Part shown: piece after piece, positions 11,868 through 23,662 of the stretch
How positions within the stretch are numbered: the stretch's first letter is position 1
Layout of the letters: each line of letters opens with the position of its first letter
Source of the DNA: Pocillopora damicornis
Lineage: Eukaryota
Assembly (NCBI RefSeq): GCF_003704095.1
Contig: NW_020844262.1
Location: 186,028-250,000 of the forward strand
Reading direction: 5' to 3'
Length of the DNA: 63,973 bases
Made by a program: the position numbers and the translations under genes
The notes under the pieces: model-generated
The model's database searches: none
What the model saw: only the letters and a program-made list of their open reading frames with translations
What the model was told of the DNA's origin: nothing

Positions 11868-14800
11868 TTAAGATTCATCAGACGACGAGTCTGAATCACT
11901 TGAGTCTGAATAAGCTCCAAGTCCTGGTATAACCTGTTTTTCCTGCTTTTCTTGATTAATACCAGACTTTGTTTCACATTTCGAAGCACTGTCAGATCTG
12001 TTTGCCAAAGGTCTTTTCTTCAGGTCGTCTTCTTCCGCACTTGCACTTGATTTCTCAGATCTAATGTTCCTCTCTTCGTGCGTCTCTGACGTAACTGTGT
12101 GGGGAATAAGATGGGATTTGAGCTGGTGTTCTGTTACTGAATATAACAATAAACTCCCAGATAGGGACTACGCACTGTTAGGTGCCTCCTTTTCTATGAA
12201 CATGCAAAAGATTTCTTGAGTTGTTCACCCACTCTCAAAATAATAAAAATCACACGTCTTTAAGCCTTCAGAACAGGTGTCAATTTTCAGTATTTTCCAG
12301 ACGGGAGCAGAGGTGAGAGTGAGCGTGAGGCGAAGTGAACGCGAGATAGACGCGAAGGGCTTCGCAGTGTGTCACTCGCCCGAAATGTTTTGAAATAACT
12401 GACTTTTTCATAGCAGTTGTAGAAGATCAAACCGTCTCAATTTTGCAAAATTCTTACTTTTCTCCAACTCGTTGGAAGCTTTTGACTTCTTTTCTGGAGA
12501 CTCTTGACTACTGCTACTACTGCAAAGAAAAGAGAAAAGACATATTTGTGCATTTGATTTGGAAATGCACATATTTAGACGCAATTGATTGCATGCTTGC
12601 ATGTGACAATGTTTCCATGCATCAAAGCATATATGCATGCTGTAAGACCTTTTTGTGACAAATTTGATGAAACAAATGAGCTGATTCGTGCTCTCTTCTC
12701 TTATATGAAGTAGTATTCATACCTTTTTCTTTTAATGGCCCCCGCTATAAGTTGTAGTTGACTTTTTTTGGCCCCAGACTCCTGTGAGGACTTTCGTTGA
12801 GATACTGCTGACCCAGCTGGTTTGGTAGTTGTTGGCTCAGCTATTATGGCACTCTGAAACTGAGAAACTGCATCCTAAATCAACAAAAGAAAGAAAATTT
12901 GATGACCACTTCTGCCTACTTAAGCATAGTTTAGGTTCAAACTTTTCTTATCAAATTAGATTTGTATTGGAAATGATAAGTTGAAATTAATCAATTGAAT
13001 ATGTGGAATAAAGATTTTAATGACTTTCAATGCAACATCAGAATCTCCTTGGGACTCACAAGGAAATTTGAGTCACAAATGACTTAAGGCCAGACAGTGT
13101 GATTGCTTTCCTTCCTAATCAGCTAGATACAAAGACTAAGACCACAGAAAAAAAAAATAGAAACAATAACTATATTGTATACCCTATACTCTCTGATTTC
13201 TTGTGATTCTTCATCAAATCTGCGATTGGCTATCTCCTCTTGTTGCTTAGCAACCAGGTCAAGAAACACTGTCTCATCACCATCAAGGCCCCTTATCATA
13301 TTTTCTAAACAAAAAAAGATATTTCTCAAGATATAGAAGCAATATATGGATATGATGTTTGGGCATCACCTTCAAAATTACATCTCAACATTTAGCCTAT
13401 TAGTGCTTAGCATTTTGATATACTTTTCGTGGTGAGTCATTTATATCCAACATGGCACTAATTGAGAGTGTACTTAATGCTCAACTGGATTTCTGATTTA
13501 CTCAACTGGACCTTTGTGGTTTAACCACCTTGTCCTCAATTCTTGCTGTAATAGTACACATTAATATTTCTTATAAAATATAGCTGAATGCAATATACAT
13601 GTTGTGGTTCAATATTATCCTTGGTTCAAATTTTATTTTCCTTTGTTTCAAACTCATTAATATACATTACAATACCAAAAAACAAAAGAAAATAAAATTT
13701 GAGCTAAGGATAAAATTGAACCACAACATAAACACCTAAACATCATGAGCCATAGAGAAGTCAACCCAACAATCTTGTTGACATTGACTGTAGAATAACT
13801 TCATTTAGTTCATAATAAGTCACTTAATTTCCTCATTCTTGATGATAACCTTTTTTCGTAATAAATTTTTTCTCACAGAAGAGATTGTAATGGATACTTC
13901 ATTACTCACTGCTAGTTCTCGGTTATCATCTTTCACAGGAGTGCAGAATATTACCCAATTTTTTGGTCACATAATTTCAGATAAACTTTCTTTAATGAGA
14001 CAACAATTTGGAGATGTTTATTCTATTCAGGGCAAAATACGTCAAGATAGTCTGTTACAAAGAAAACTCTGAATAAAATTGTTTCTAATCAGGCTCAAAA
14101 CCTATCCTGAAATACACTCAGCACTGAAAAAGAAACACAAGGTACTTACTCAACTGATGTTGTTCGTCCCATTCATCCTGTTTTTTCTGTTTTTGTTCTT
14201 GTAGTCTTTCATACAAAGTCTTATTGTCATGAACTGGCTCAGGGCACTCTACCATTTGGAAATAAGGGTAGTTTGAAAATCTAGTGTTAAATTTGGTTTT
14301 GTGCTCAATGAGCACTGCAGGCGTTAACCCTTTAACTCCCATTAGTAATTAGTAATTCTCCTTACTGTCTGCCATATGGTTCCTGTGATGTTAGTTTGGA
14401 GAATTTGGTATTGGATCAGCTAATAATCCCCTTTTTAAGACTTTCCTTTATTCTCATCACTTGTCTGCTTGATATTGTATTGACATTGTTGGGAGAAATT
14501 CTGTCTTGGTCACTTGTGGGAGTTAAAAGGTTAATATGCAGGGAAAAGTTCAGCGTTGTTCACAGTTGTGATTCTGAAAAGCTTGCATACCTGGAACCCA
14601 TTTACCCAGTAAATGTAGTCATTATGCTGTCAGAAAGTTTAACCTGAGAACATTTAGGACAGTGTTCATTGTGCAAAGATCACAGCAAGCAAAGCTGGCT
14701 CTCATAATGGTTCATTTCATACAATACTGGGACAAAACTGAGCAGCAAACTAAGCAAAACAGAGTCAGCTCGGCTGAATGGCTCGGCTCAAAAATTCACT

Positions 14801-15641
14801 CCCTAAAACACTAAGAAAGAAATCAATCACAAAGGCCAACCCAAACAAACTGCCACATTGTTAGCAATTAATCCCAGACTGATTTACTATTTGTTACATA
14901 GAGATCAACAGAAATTTAGTTGATAAATGTTTCTCAGTAAAATTAGGACTGATGAAATTGACAGCATTGTTTGTTGAGTAAGGGGGATAAGTTTCTAATA
15001 AAAGAAACTGTGGTGCTGCATTGGTGGGAGAGTATAGCAGGCAATTTAGTTGTGAATATGGAGGTGATCTTTGTAGTAATAGACACTACTTGAGCAGTAG
15101 TGAAAATAAGGCCTAATGTACAGGCCTGAATGCATTCTAAAATTCAGCATATATACCATACAAAATCTCATAAATTGCTGTGGTTCCATTTTCAGATCCT
15201 TGATTCAAATTGTTAACATTGTATTTTCTTTTTGGATATGGTTAATTAAAGAAAAATTAAACAGGAAGGTAATCGAAGATTCAAAGGTTATCCAATTACA
15301 TCAAATATCAGCCTTTGTATTTACTACGTACGAGGAGATCCTGGGGCGAGAGAGTGAAACTCAACACTTCACTTCACCACACGAAATTGTCTAGTCAACT
15401 ATATTCGAAAAAAAAAACCTTAAATGATCTGCATGATGAAAAGATAACTAGGCGCCAAATAATTCGTATTCGTAATAAAAATATTGCGCCTGATTAGCTC
15501 GACCTTCACCAGGAAATCTTCGACCAAATAATTTAGCTTACCGATTGGATCGCTTTCTTTTCTAACTTTCTCCCATTCTTCCTGTTTCTTTTTACGTACA
15601 TCCTCGATTTCGGTCTCTGATACAAATGATACACCACTCAT
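11868..15641 (-). CDS. PSME3IP1: PSME3-interacting protein (FAM192A/NIP30/PIP30), ~267 aa
   Basis: 6 exons: 15542-15641, 14150-14248, 13183-13304, 12723-12874, 12458-12519, 11868-12136. Motifs FVSETEIEDVRKKKQEEWEKVR, KTLYERLQEQKQKKQDEW, KNMIRGLDGDETVFL and C-terminal PGLGAYSDSSDSDSSSD match the FAM192A family. Confidence 0.95.
13599..13729. mobile_element. ~130-bp palindromic (foldback) MITE in a PSME3IP1 intron
   Basis: atgttgtggttcaatattatccttggttcaaattttattttc pairs with gaaaataaaatttgagctaaggataaaattgaaccacaacat over about 40 bp. Confidence 0.8.
14324..14534. mobile_element. TTAA-flanked ~200-bp MITE (piggyBac-like); related copies at ~9481-9690, 16784-16967, 38961-39161, 43902-44104, 50370-50544
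   Basis: ttaa-ccctttaactccc ... gggagttaaaagg-ttaa: TIRs beginning CCC with TTAA at both ends. Shared interior (gagaatttggtattggatca, ttctcatcac, tcttggtcact) recurs in the other copies. Confidence 0.8.
14983..15050 (-). mobile_element. CpG-decayed partial copy of the hammerhead-bearing dispersed element
   Basis: aagtttct...aaagaaactgtggtgctgcattggtgggagagtatagcaggcaatttagt is the reverse complement of the element's 3' part. Confidence 0.75.
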
Positions 15642-15796
15642 GTTTAAAGATTCACGACGAAGCCTGAAACATTCTCTTTAAATTCTTTGTGCAGAGCCAA
15701 AGTGCTACACTCGACGCTTTCCTCTAAACAGTCCTGTAAACATTCAACTGAGTTTAAGGATCACGAGCCCGCGAGCATTGCTAACATGGATACAAA
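15642..15796. promoter_or_regulatory. Bidirectional promoter PSME3IP1/LRRC69
   Basis: Only 155 nt separate the divergent start codons. YY1-like AAAATGGCGG overlaps the LRRC69 ATG; two forkhead-like TAAACA motifs at ~15725-15742. Confidence 0.75.
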
Positions 15797-18700
15797 ATGG
15801 CGGACAGAATTTTATTGAACGCGACCAAAGGAAAACCTAAGTCCCTCAGCATTTGTAACAAGAACTTACGGAACGTTCCACCAATAATTGGAAAAATAAC
15901 TTCCCTTAAAACCGTAGACCTGAAAAACAATACCTTAACGGACCTTCCAGATGAATTTTCTTCTCTCAAACAGGTGACATCTTTACCAAGTCTTGCATGT
16001 TTACGTTTAAATTCAATTGAATACGATAAGCTAAAAGTTCGCGAAAACAAAAAACTCTTCATTATTGTAGCAAGATAAAGGTTTTGAGGTAGAGAACTGA
16101 ATACCAAGCATTGTTTGTGGCACCATAGTCAACCTGAGTTATATGTAAGAAGATTGAAGTTTAAGTTTTGAATTCTTGTTCTGAAGTTACATACTTACAG
16201 CCGGTTTGTTTACGATTCGTTTCCTTAGCTCGAATCCTTAAACCTTGGGAACAACAAGTTAGAAGCTCTTCCAGAAGTCCTCTCTTTTTTAGCTGGCTTG
16301 CAGAAGCTACATTTGTTTAATAACAAGTTAAGAGAACTCAATTCTGTTGTCCTCAGTAAGTACTCTAAATACAAGCCGATGAATAAACCTGAACATTTAA
16401 AACAACGTCATATTAATTATATTTTTCGGAATTATACCAATTATTTCATGGAATCTTTTCAGGTGGGCTCCAAAAACTCACTTTTTTAAATCTGAATGGA
16501 AATCAGCTGAAAACATTGCCAAGTGAAATAAACAGGTATAAAATTAATTTGTTTCATATTCTCTTTTCTCAATAATTACTTCAGTCAATATTTTCCCTCA
16601 TCAACTACTAATTGATGATCGATTAAATTTTAAACTTGGTGGCCAAACAAATTCAACAGTGTTACCCACATTTGAGAACAAAAGTAGTTTTTTCAAGATG
16701 TGCTTGAAGTCAATGGTTGTTAGCAATCAAAGTTCAATCAAAGTTCATTCAAAATCATGTAGCATTTTATGACATTGTGATTGCCCTGTTAACTCCAAAG
16801 ATTTGAAATTTCAATTATCCCCATTAGCTGCTGCACATTTCCTTAAAAATTAGTTGCCAGAGTTTGGTGGTGGATCAAGGTAAGTATTTCTCCCTGATTA
16901 GTTTGAGAATTCTCATCACCACTTTTCTGGATAATGTAATAATCACATCTGGGAGTTAAGGGGTTAAATGGGCTCATCATGTTAGTTTCAACAATGTTGA
17001 AGGATTATTTGCACCAACATTTTGAATTTGTTGTTGATTTTATTCATTCATTTTCTTCATTTGTTACTATTTTATTTTATTTTTTTCACAAATCTCAGGT
17101 TGGTGTCGTTACAGTTTCTCAGTGTAGATCACAATGAGTTACTCAGTGTTCCTACAGAGATTTGTCACTTGATCAACCTCACAGAACTACATCTTGCTGA
17201 TAATCAGATATCAAGGTACAATATATGCCATCTTTGTTTTTGGTTCTAAAGAAATTAATTCCTTTTTTTTCTACTTTGTTTTCTATTATTTATCATTGTA
17301 AGTGTCTCTCACATGGGGAAAATTGTGTAAGATAACAATTCCAAAAAAGGCGTCTGTACTCACAGCCCACTTCATAGTAAATTTATTAATTGAGTGAGCT
17401 TTTTGTGAGCTGCAGTTTTCAAATGAGATCATTGATCACCATGTGAATCTAGGTCTAGTTAAGTCTAGTGAAGGTCTTGTGAATCTAGGTCTAATGTAGT
17501 TCTCATGTTTTCTCCAACTTAGTCTTCCAGAAGACATGGCGTTTCTTAGGAATCTTACAAAACTCTATGTGTACAAAAACTTTATTGAAGAGTTGCCAGA
17601 GGTTTGTTAGTTACTTGACTGACCATTAGAACTAATGATTTGTTATAAAATTTTAATGTCTTACTACCAAGGATCCTTGTTGTACAGCATGCTACATTTT
17701 TTGTTTTGTTTATTTGTACAAAACTAGCTGGTAGAATTCTTGAATTATTTTCCAAAGTAAAAATTTTGATAGTCCATATACTTTTAAGTTATTAAACAAA
17801 CCATCCCAATTTTGTTTCATTTTCAGCTGAGTAGGGTATCTTAAGTTTATTCATTGAGCATTTTTTTAGCTTTCAGTTGATATCACCCTTCTACTCTCAA
17901 GCCAGCTGTAGAACATGTTTGTACTGTAGGTTATGTGAAAAATGATCAGCATTTGTGTATTTTGACAGGGTTTATCAAAGTGTACCCAGCTCAGAGTACT
18001 AGATGTGTCTGCCAATAGACTTAGAATATTCCCAGCTGAGGTTTGATAAAAGCTCTCCTTTTGTTTTGCCTAACCTGTTTACCATATGTATGAGAACCTT
18101 TGAATCTCTCTATGATTGATCCAGAAATGTCATGCAGTCCTTCTAACCAATCAGACCTATTGTGACTAATAGTCACTCCTGTTTACACATGCGTTGAGTT
18201 ATTTCCGGCTTCCTGTGGTCAATAATTTTCCTTGTTCTGTTTGGCCATTGCCTTTTGCCCATTGCCCATCACCTTAGTATTGGTTTATGGGGTTATGACA
18301 ACTTATTAAAATACAGTCTATCAGATTTATTTAAAGCATTGATCTTTTATTTTGTGGAATTTGACATGATGTCAAAAGCTACAAAAGTTGTTCATTGTTT
18401 TTAGTAATTTTACTTCATGCATCTTAATTACATTGTCCAAAGCAAATTGTTTTATTTTACTATTTTAGTTGGCGCATCTTCCCCTTAAGGAACTTTATTG
18501 TGAAGAAAACAATCTTTTGCAACATATTCCCGTTCACTCTCAACAAGAAGATGAAGTTTTGACACTGAAGGTGAATAAATTAAATTTTAGATTAAATATG
18601 TAGAAGTAAACTGTTCTTTTAGCCAGAAAAAGTTTAAATCTGCCCGTCTTGTCGTTTGCAAACTAAAGAACGTAATGAATTGAATTGACTCATACTCGAT

Positions 18701-20359
18701 CATACTTGCATACTTGCCTTTTTACCGAAAATTGTTTTTCCAGACTTATTCCGAAAAAAACAAGCATTAAGAAAGCACGATCATTCTAACATATCATTTG
18801 GTAAACACGGTAGAATAATTGAACGTGACCCTAACATTGATTGATTTGTTACTTAATAGGAGATTACAGCTCGCTCAGTGTTGAAGGATCTCAAAAATGG
18901 GTAAGTCAATCCACCTGTTGATTTCGTTGGGAAATATTTAGGTCAATGATATAGATAGATAAACAAAAAAATATTTAATATTTTTGACCTTGGAGGTAAA
19001 GAGGAAAAAGATTTTCAATTATTTTCAAAATGTGAAACAAAAAATACAAATCTGAGCTTTAGTAATTGTACTATCTAATCAGCTTTAGAGAACTCGTGCA
19101 CGATTCCTCGCTGGCCGGAGTTGAAAAAGCTTGAATTCAGATCATCGTTGTTGCCTCCATTTTTAATTTTTCCTCAAAGTCTCTGTTTCGTTCCATTTTA
19201 TCGCAGGCGATCCTTTGTAAAGCGTGCAATACGCCATTACCCAAAGGTACAGGAGATGTTACAATACGCCAGTGAATGTGCAGTGTGTGGACAATCTTTC
19301 CTTAATACTTGGCTGGAGTGTGTACACTTTGTGGATGCCCATAAAGTACGTCACAATATTCTATAATTTTTCACCTTGAATGTTAGTCGTTTGCACAGTT
19401 GTTGAAAGTGCGAAGTTAATGAAACCGGCCCAAAAACACCGCGAGTCAAAACAATATTCCCCGTCCTTATTTCCCGTTCCTTATTTTCCGCTCTCTTTTT
19501 TCTGTTCCTCGTTTTTCTTTTGCATTTACCGTTTCCCGTTTCCGTTTCCGTTCTCCGTTCCACACTTTATGAACATGCATCCACTGTTGGGAGTTCAAGG
19601 CCTCAAAGAATTAATTTGAACGCGGAAAACTTGAAACACTCAGTCGAATTCTTGTTTTTTCCGTATCATCGATTCTGCTCCTGTATTTGTAGCTTAACAA
19701 TATACATGAAAAAGTTACGTGCTTCTCATTGGCTGAAAGCGAGCGCATTTTTCGTGTAACACGATTGCAAAGTTGTTACACGTGTGCAAATTGCAAGTAG
19801 CATACGCGCTTTCAAAACTTTGTCTTTATTTACTCTCTGTGATGCTTTGGTCATGTCAATTATTGATAAGTGATTCCATGTTTTCTGGTGCAATTGGTGT
19901 AACTAAGCACTTGAAATTTTTCAAAGACCACAAATTGCACTCACCCTACGGACTCGTGAAATTTTGTTGACTTTGAAAAATTTTCTTCTGCTTATTAACA
20001 CCAAATTGTACTCGAAATCATGTTACTACCTATACTAAATTTAATTTTTGGCTCGAAATATAAATTTCATTGCAGGCTCGAAGAGTGGTAGATTGAAAAA
20101 GCAAAACCATTTCAATTCAAAAGCCCAGTCAATCACCCTTTAACCTCATCAAATAAGCTTGTCACGACTTCACGAACACTATTTTATTAAAGTTGGGTGG
20201 AAATTCAATTCTTTTCAATTTGGATTTCTGTGTTCTTTTCAGATTCTACGAACAAGAACAAAGACAGGAATCATTCCAGTACGAGGACTGTTATGTTCTT
20301 ACAAATGTTTCAATTCCGAAGGACATGATTATTATGGGATTGCTTATGTTGACACTTGA
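15797..20359 (+). CDS. LRRC69: Leucine-rich repeat-containing protein 69, ~347 aa
   Basis: 10 exons: 15797-15973, 16229-16355, 16463-16535, 17099-17215, 17523-17601, 17969-18040, 18469-18570, 18860-18900, 19207-19345, 20243-20359. LxxLxLxxN repeats, LKELYCEEN, TLKEITAR and C-terminal CAVCGQSFLNTWLECVHFV...LLCSYKCF...YGIA resemble LRRC69. Confidence 0.92.
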
Positions 20360-21764
20360 GGATACACTTGGAGACATCAAAGGTCGTGTAACACGACGAT
20401 GTATTTGTGAATATGACTTCCAAAAAGCATCTGCCTCCCCCCCTGAAAATATCGGCGTTACATTCTTCGAACGCTTCAATAGAGATTTGATTTTGAGGGT
20501 TTACGAAAATTCGTCCTCATCTTAACGTTAACTTAAAAGTAACACGTACGAAGAACATTCCTTGCGTTTTCCCATCCTTTCTCGAGGCGACCTTCTTTTA
20601 CTTTAATCAAACTATTCAATCAAACTATTTTGAACGCCCGCCATCCTCTTTCGCTCAGCTGAACCTTGGCAGATTTATTTCGCTTAATCCCTGATACCCC
20701 CTCCCCCAGCCCAAGAACAGAATTTTTTCACTTGATATAAACAAAAATCAAGAGGTAAATCCTGTTCAAATTTCCCTTCTCTCTCCCCCCCCCCTCCTTC
20801 TTTGTACATCTCCCTTACAAGAGAAATTTCATTTTCAAAAACTCAAGGTGAGGGGCGAGAGTGGTAACAGACTAGGGAGGCTAAAAAACGTGCCTGAATG
20901 GCCGAGAACAAGGAGCAGAGTGACTTCGAACAACAATATTAACCGTTCGAATCCGTTGAATTTAATTAACTCAGACCTTGTTTATTAAATCCTTTATTAA
21001 ACTAGGTTGTTCCGTCGTCAAGATGTATCACTACGTTCGACACAAGCAGTTGTTGGATGAGCATCAGACATTCGTACACAACTTGCTTCTTTTTTAGATA
21101 ACGTTTTTGTTGGAAAATTTTGCCCAACGGATTGAAGAGTGCTAATTTTTTTTTTTTGGGGGGGGGCGATGTTTTCCGTTCGAAATGACAGAATCCTGTT
21201 GGGAGACTTTTTTTGCGATTTTCAAGAAAGAGAATATTGACAAGGAAGGGAACGTGCAATTTACAATTTTTATTACTTGTTTAGTTGTACAGAGGTAAGC
21301 TACACGTATGGTAAATGGACATTTTTGATGGGTCTACACACAAGTACAATGCGCAAAATCCACAAACATTAAAAAACCGCAAAATTTCATTCTTTACATG
21401 ACAAAATTTTGTCTCTGAGCTTTTTGATTCTTGGTGGAATCCTCGGAGTACAATTTCTCTCCCTACAAGTTTTCACACTTTTTCACAGAAAGCAAGGTAA
21501 AGTGAGATTTGAAGTTTTCCCTTTTAAATTTATGACGCGTGAAATACTGTTCAAAGTACACGTGACGCGTGAATTTTTCTCATATTCATGCGTGAAACTG
21601 AGTCAGGACCCCCATTGCTACCCTGTAAGGTTTACAAGTCTTGAAGTGAAACTTAAAGTGTCCCTAGTGGAAATGAATACTTTTGGACGACAATCCTATC
21701 CTAGTACTCTTCACTGTTCTTTATTTCGTCAGGCAAAGACAACTTTTAATGCTTTTTTTTAGTT

Positions 21765-22757
21765 TTATTCCTGGAATCTTTCAGGGAGCATCTCGATGAC
21801 GGCGTTTCGGATGCTTTTTATCTTCCAGCAGTAAAAAGCGGGATTCACGATCGAATTCATGAACAAAATGCTGTGAGTAATGTTGAAAGCTGCTTTGAAA
21901 CGGTCGTCGTTGCGCGATTCCACTGCGACCAGCACAATGTTTGTTACAAGATATGGCGAGTAAAACAACACCATTGTGATAACCAGGTAGATAACAGTGC
22001 GAATGGAGGCCTTGTATTTAGCAATGTTGGCCATTTCGGCTGTTTCTTGGCTCTGTTGTCTTGTCGTTTGCCGTGTATCCACCCCTACTTTTGTCTTGTG
22101 TCGGTGAATTAGATGTAGCAGCTTAGTGTAGGCGATGATTGTAACTGTTAAACATATCACCATTACTAAGATCATGCAATAAAGAAAACTCATTGGGTAG
22201 ACAAACAACGGAATGGTTACTAAAATGCCTACTAACCACAGAAGTACCACGACGCGCGTGGTAATCGGAATGGTAACCACAGTGCGGTAACGCACGCTTA
22301 ATGCGAGTGCTAAGAGCCTGTCGATACTAATAGCAGTTAGTGTAAGAAGAGAAACTGCACATAAAAGTGAAGCCAAGGTCTTGCTGGCGAGCGACGCGAT
22401 GCAGTGAACTGGAATATTCTCGTGTAGAGCGGCGATTTTGTGCGCGGCAAAGACGGGCTGCACCAAACAACCCACGCCAAAGTCAGTCAAAGCTAAATTG
22501 CTGAGTAGTAAATTTGAAGGGTTGTGTAATTGGGATTTTCTCCATACTGCTAATATGACCAAAATGTTTAGTATACTTGCTGGCAATGCACAAACAGAGT
22601 TTAGAACAATGCTCAAGATGTAGGTAATGTAGAACTTGTCAATGGCGCTTCGACTAAAATCCACGTAAAGACAATTCATAGTAAATTTAGAATGGTTTGA
22701 ATTAACCCAATTCGCAGTAACGTTATGGTCGATTGATGACTGATTAAATCCTTCCAT
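21765..22757 (-). CDS. Intronless rhodopsin-class (class A) GPCR, melanocortin/adenosine-receptor-like, ~330 aa
   Basis: Likely start MEGFNQSS with N-glycosylation sequons. Seven hydrophobic segments; LNILVILAV, LLSNLALTD, ISIDRL (DRY variant), LFYSPY, NSIVNPAFYCW. Confidence 0.93.
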   Translation of the reverse strand: MEGFNQSSIDHNVTANWVNSNHSKFTMNCLYVDFSRSAIDKFYITYILSIVLNSVCALPASILNILVILAVWRKSQLHNPSNLLLSNLALTDFGVGCLVQPVFAAHKIAALHENIPVHCIASLASKTLASLLCAVSLLTLTAISIDRLLALALSVRYRTVVTIPITTRVVVLLWLVGILVTIPLFVYPMSFLYCMILVMVICLTVTIIAYTKLLHLIHRHKTKVGVDTRQTTRQQSQETAEMANIAKYKASIRTVIYLVITMVLFYSPYLVTNIVLVAVESRNDDRFKAAFNITHSILFMNSIVNPAFYCWKIKSIRNAVIEMLPERFQE

Positions 22758-23662
22758 TTTTAAGCTATAGTCATATGGAAGAAAACGATGTTTTGAAGCG
22801 GGCGAAATGTCCCGATAGAATATTACGCCAAGGCCGAACTTTCTTAGCCACTTGCCTGAATTTGGGACTCTAATCTTTTTATATTTGTAGAATACACTAC
22901 TTTTTCCAAACAATGGAAAAGCCTTTCAACGCTTCAGCTTGGATTAGATGAATAAATCCCGAACAACTGATGAAGAGATCTCAGTTTTCTCCTTTCACCT
23001 CCTGCTATTTGTTCAGCTTTACGGGAATACACGGATAAATTATATCCGCGGCGATTAGGCGAAAATCTTCCTTTCAATGAAATTAGTTCTGCACTTTTTA
23101 TCGCCTTCTGATGAACAAACGAAACGACTGAAATCCAAATTAACCCAAACTTCAAAAGGAGAATAATAACTTATCGATACAGATCGTTTAAAATTCGTTA
23201 ACAAGTTTTCATTTCCATACAATAATGATATCGATGAACATTCCGCATTCAATTTGCACAGGTTTGTTAGCTGAAATGTTTCCTTCGAATATCGCCTCAG
23301 ACAAAACAATGTTTATTTTATGTTAGTTCTTGCCCGTCTCCATTGATACACCTGTTCACTATGTTTTTGTTCGTTTTCTTTTTTGATACGAAAACAATTC
23401 ATTTCAGTTGTATTTACATTGACTAACCCTTTTCGTTTAGTTTTAGAAAAGAGTGGTTCAAAATCATTTGCAAGAGTTCTAGGCAACAAACCAAAGAAAA
23501 AAATATTCCAAAAATCAGCTTGCAATTTACAAAATGGCCTCTCTGCTTAACTAAACGAAATAAATGCTTAGAAATTCTAAATGCCTGAGAACACTGTACG
23601 ATACATTTTCCTATTCGTCACCTAAGAAAGATTATTATTTCTACAAAGCGATCAGAAAATCT

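Noticed and set aside
19430-19565. ORFs over the (ttcccgtt)-like tract
   Set aside because: Low-complexity intronic repeat; translations are compositional artefacts.
22758-22913. N-terminal extension of the GPCR ORF from a TTG start
   Set aside because: Non-ATG start; MEGFNQS at 22757 gives a typical glycosylated N-terminus.
23108-23130. ctgatga...gaaac hammerhead-like string
   Set aside because: No stem II and no valid cleavage triplet or stem I.
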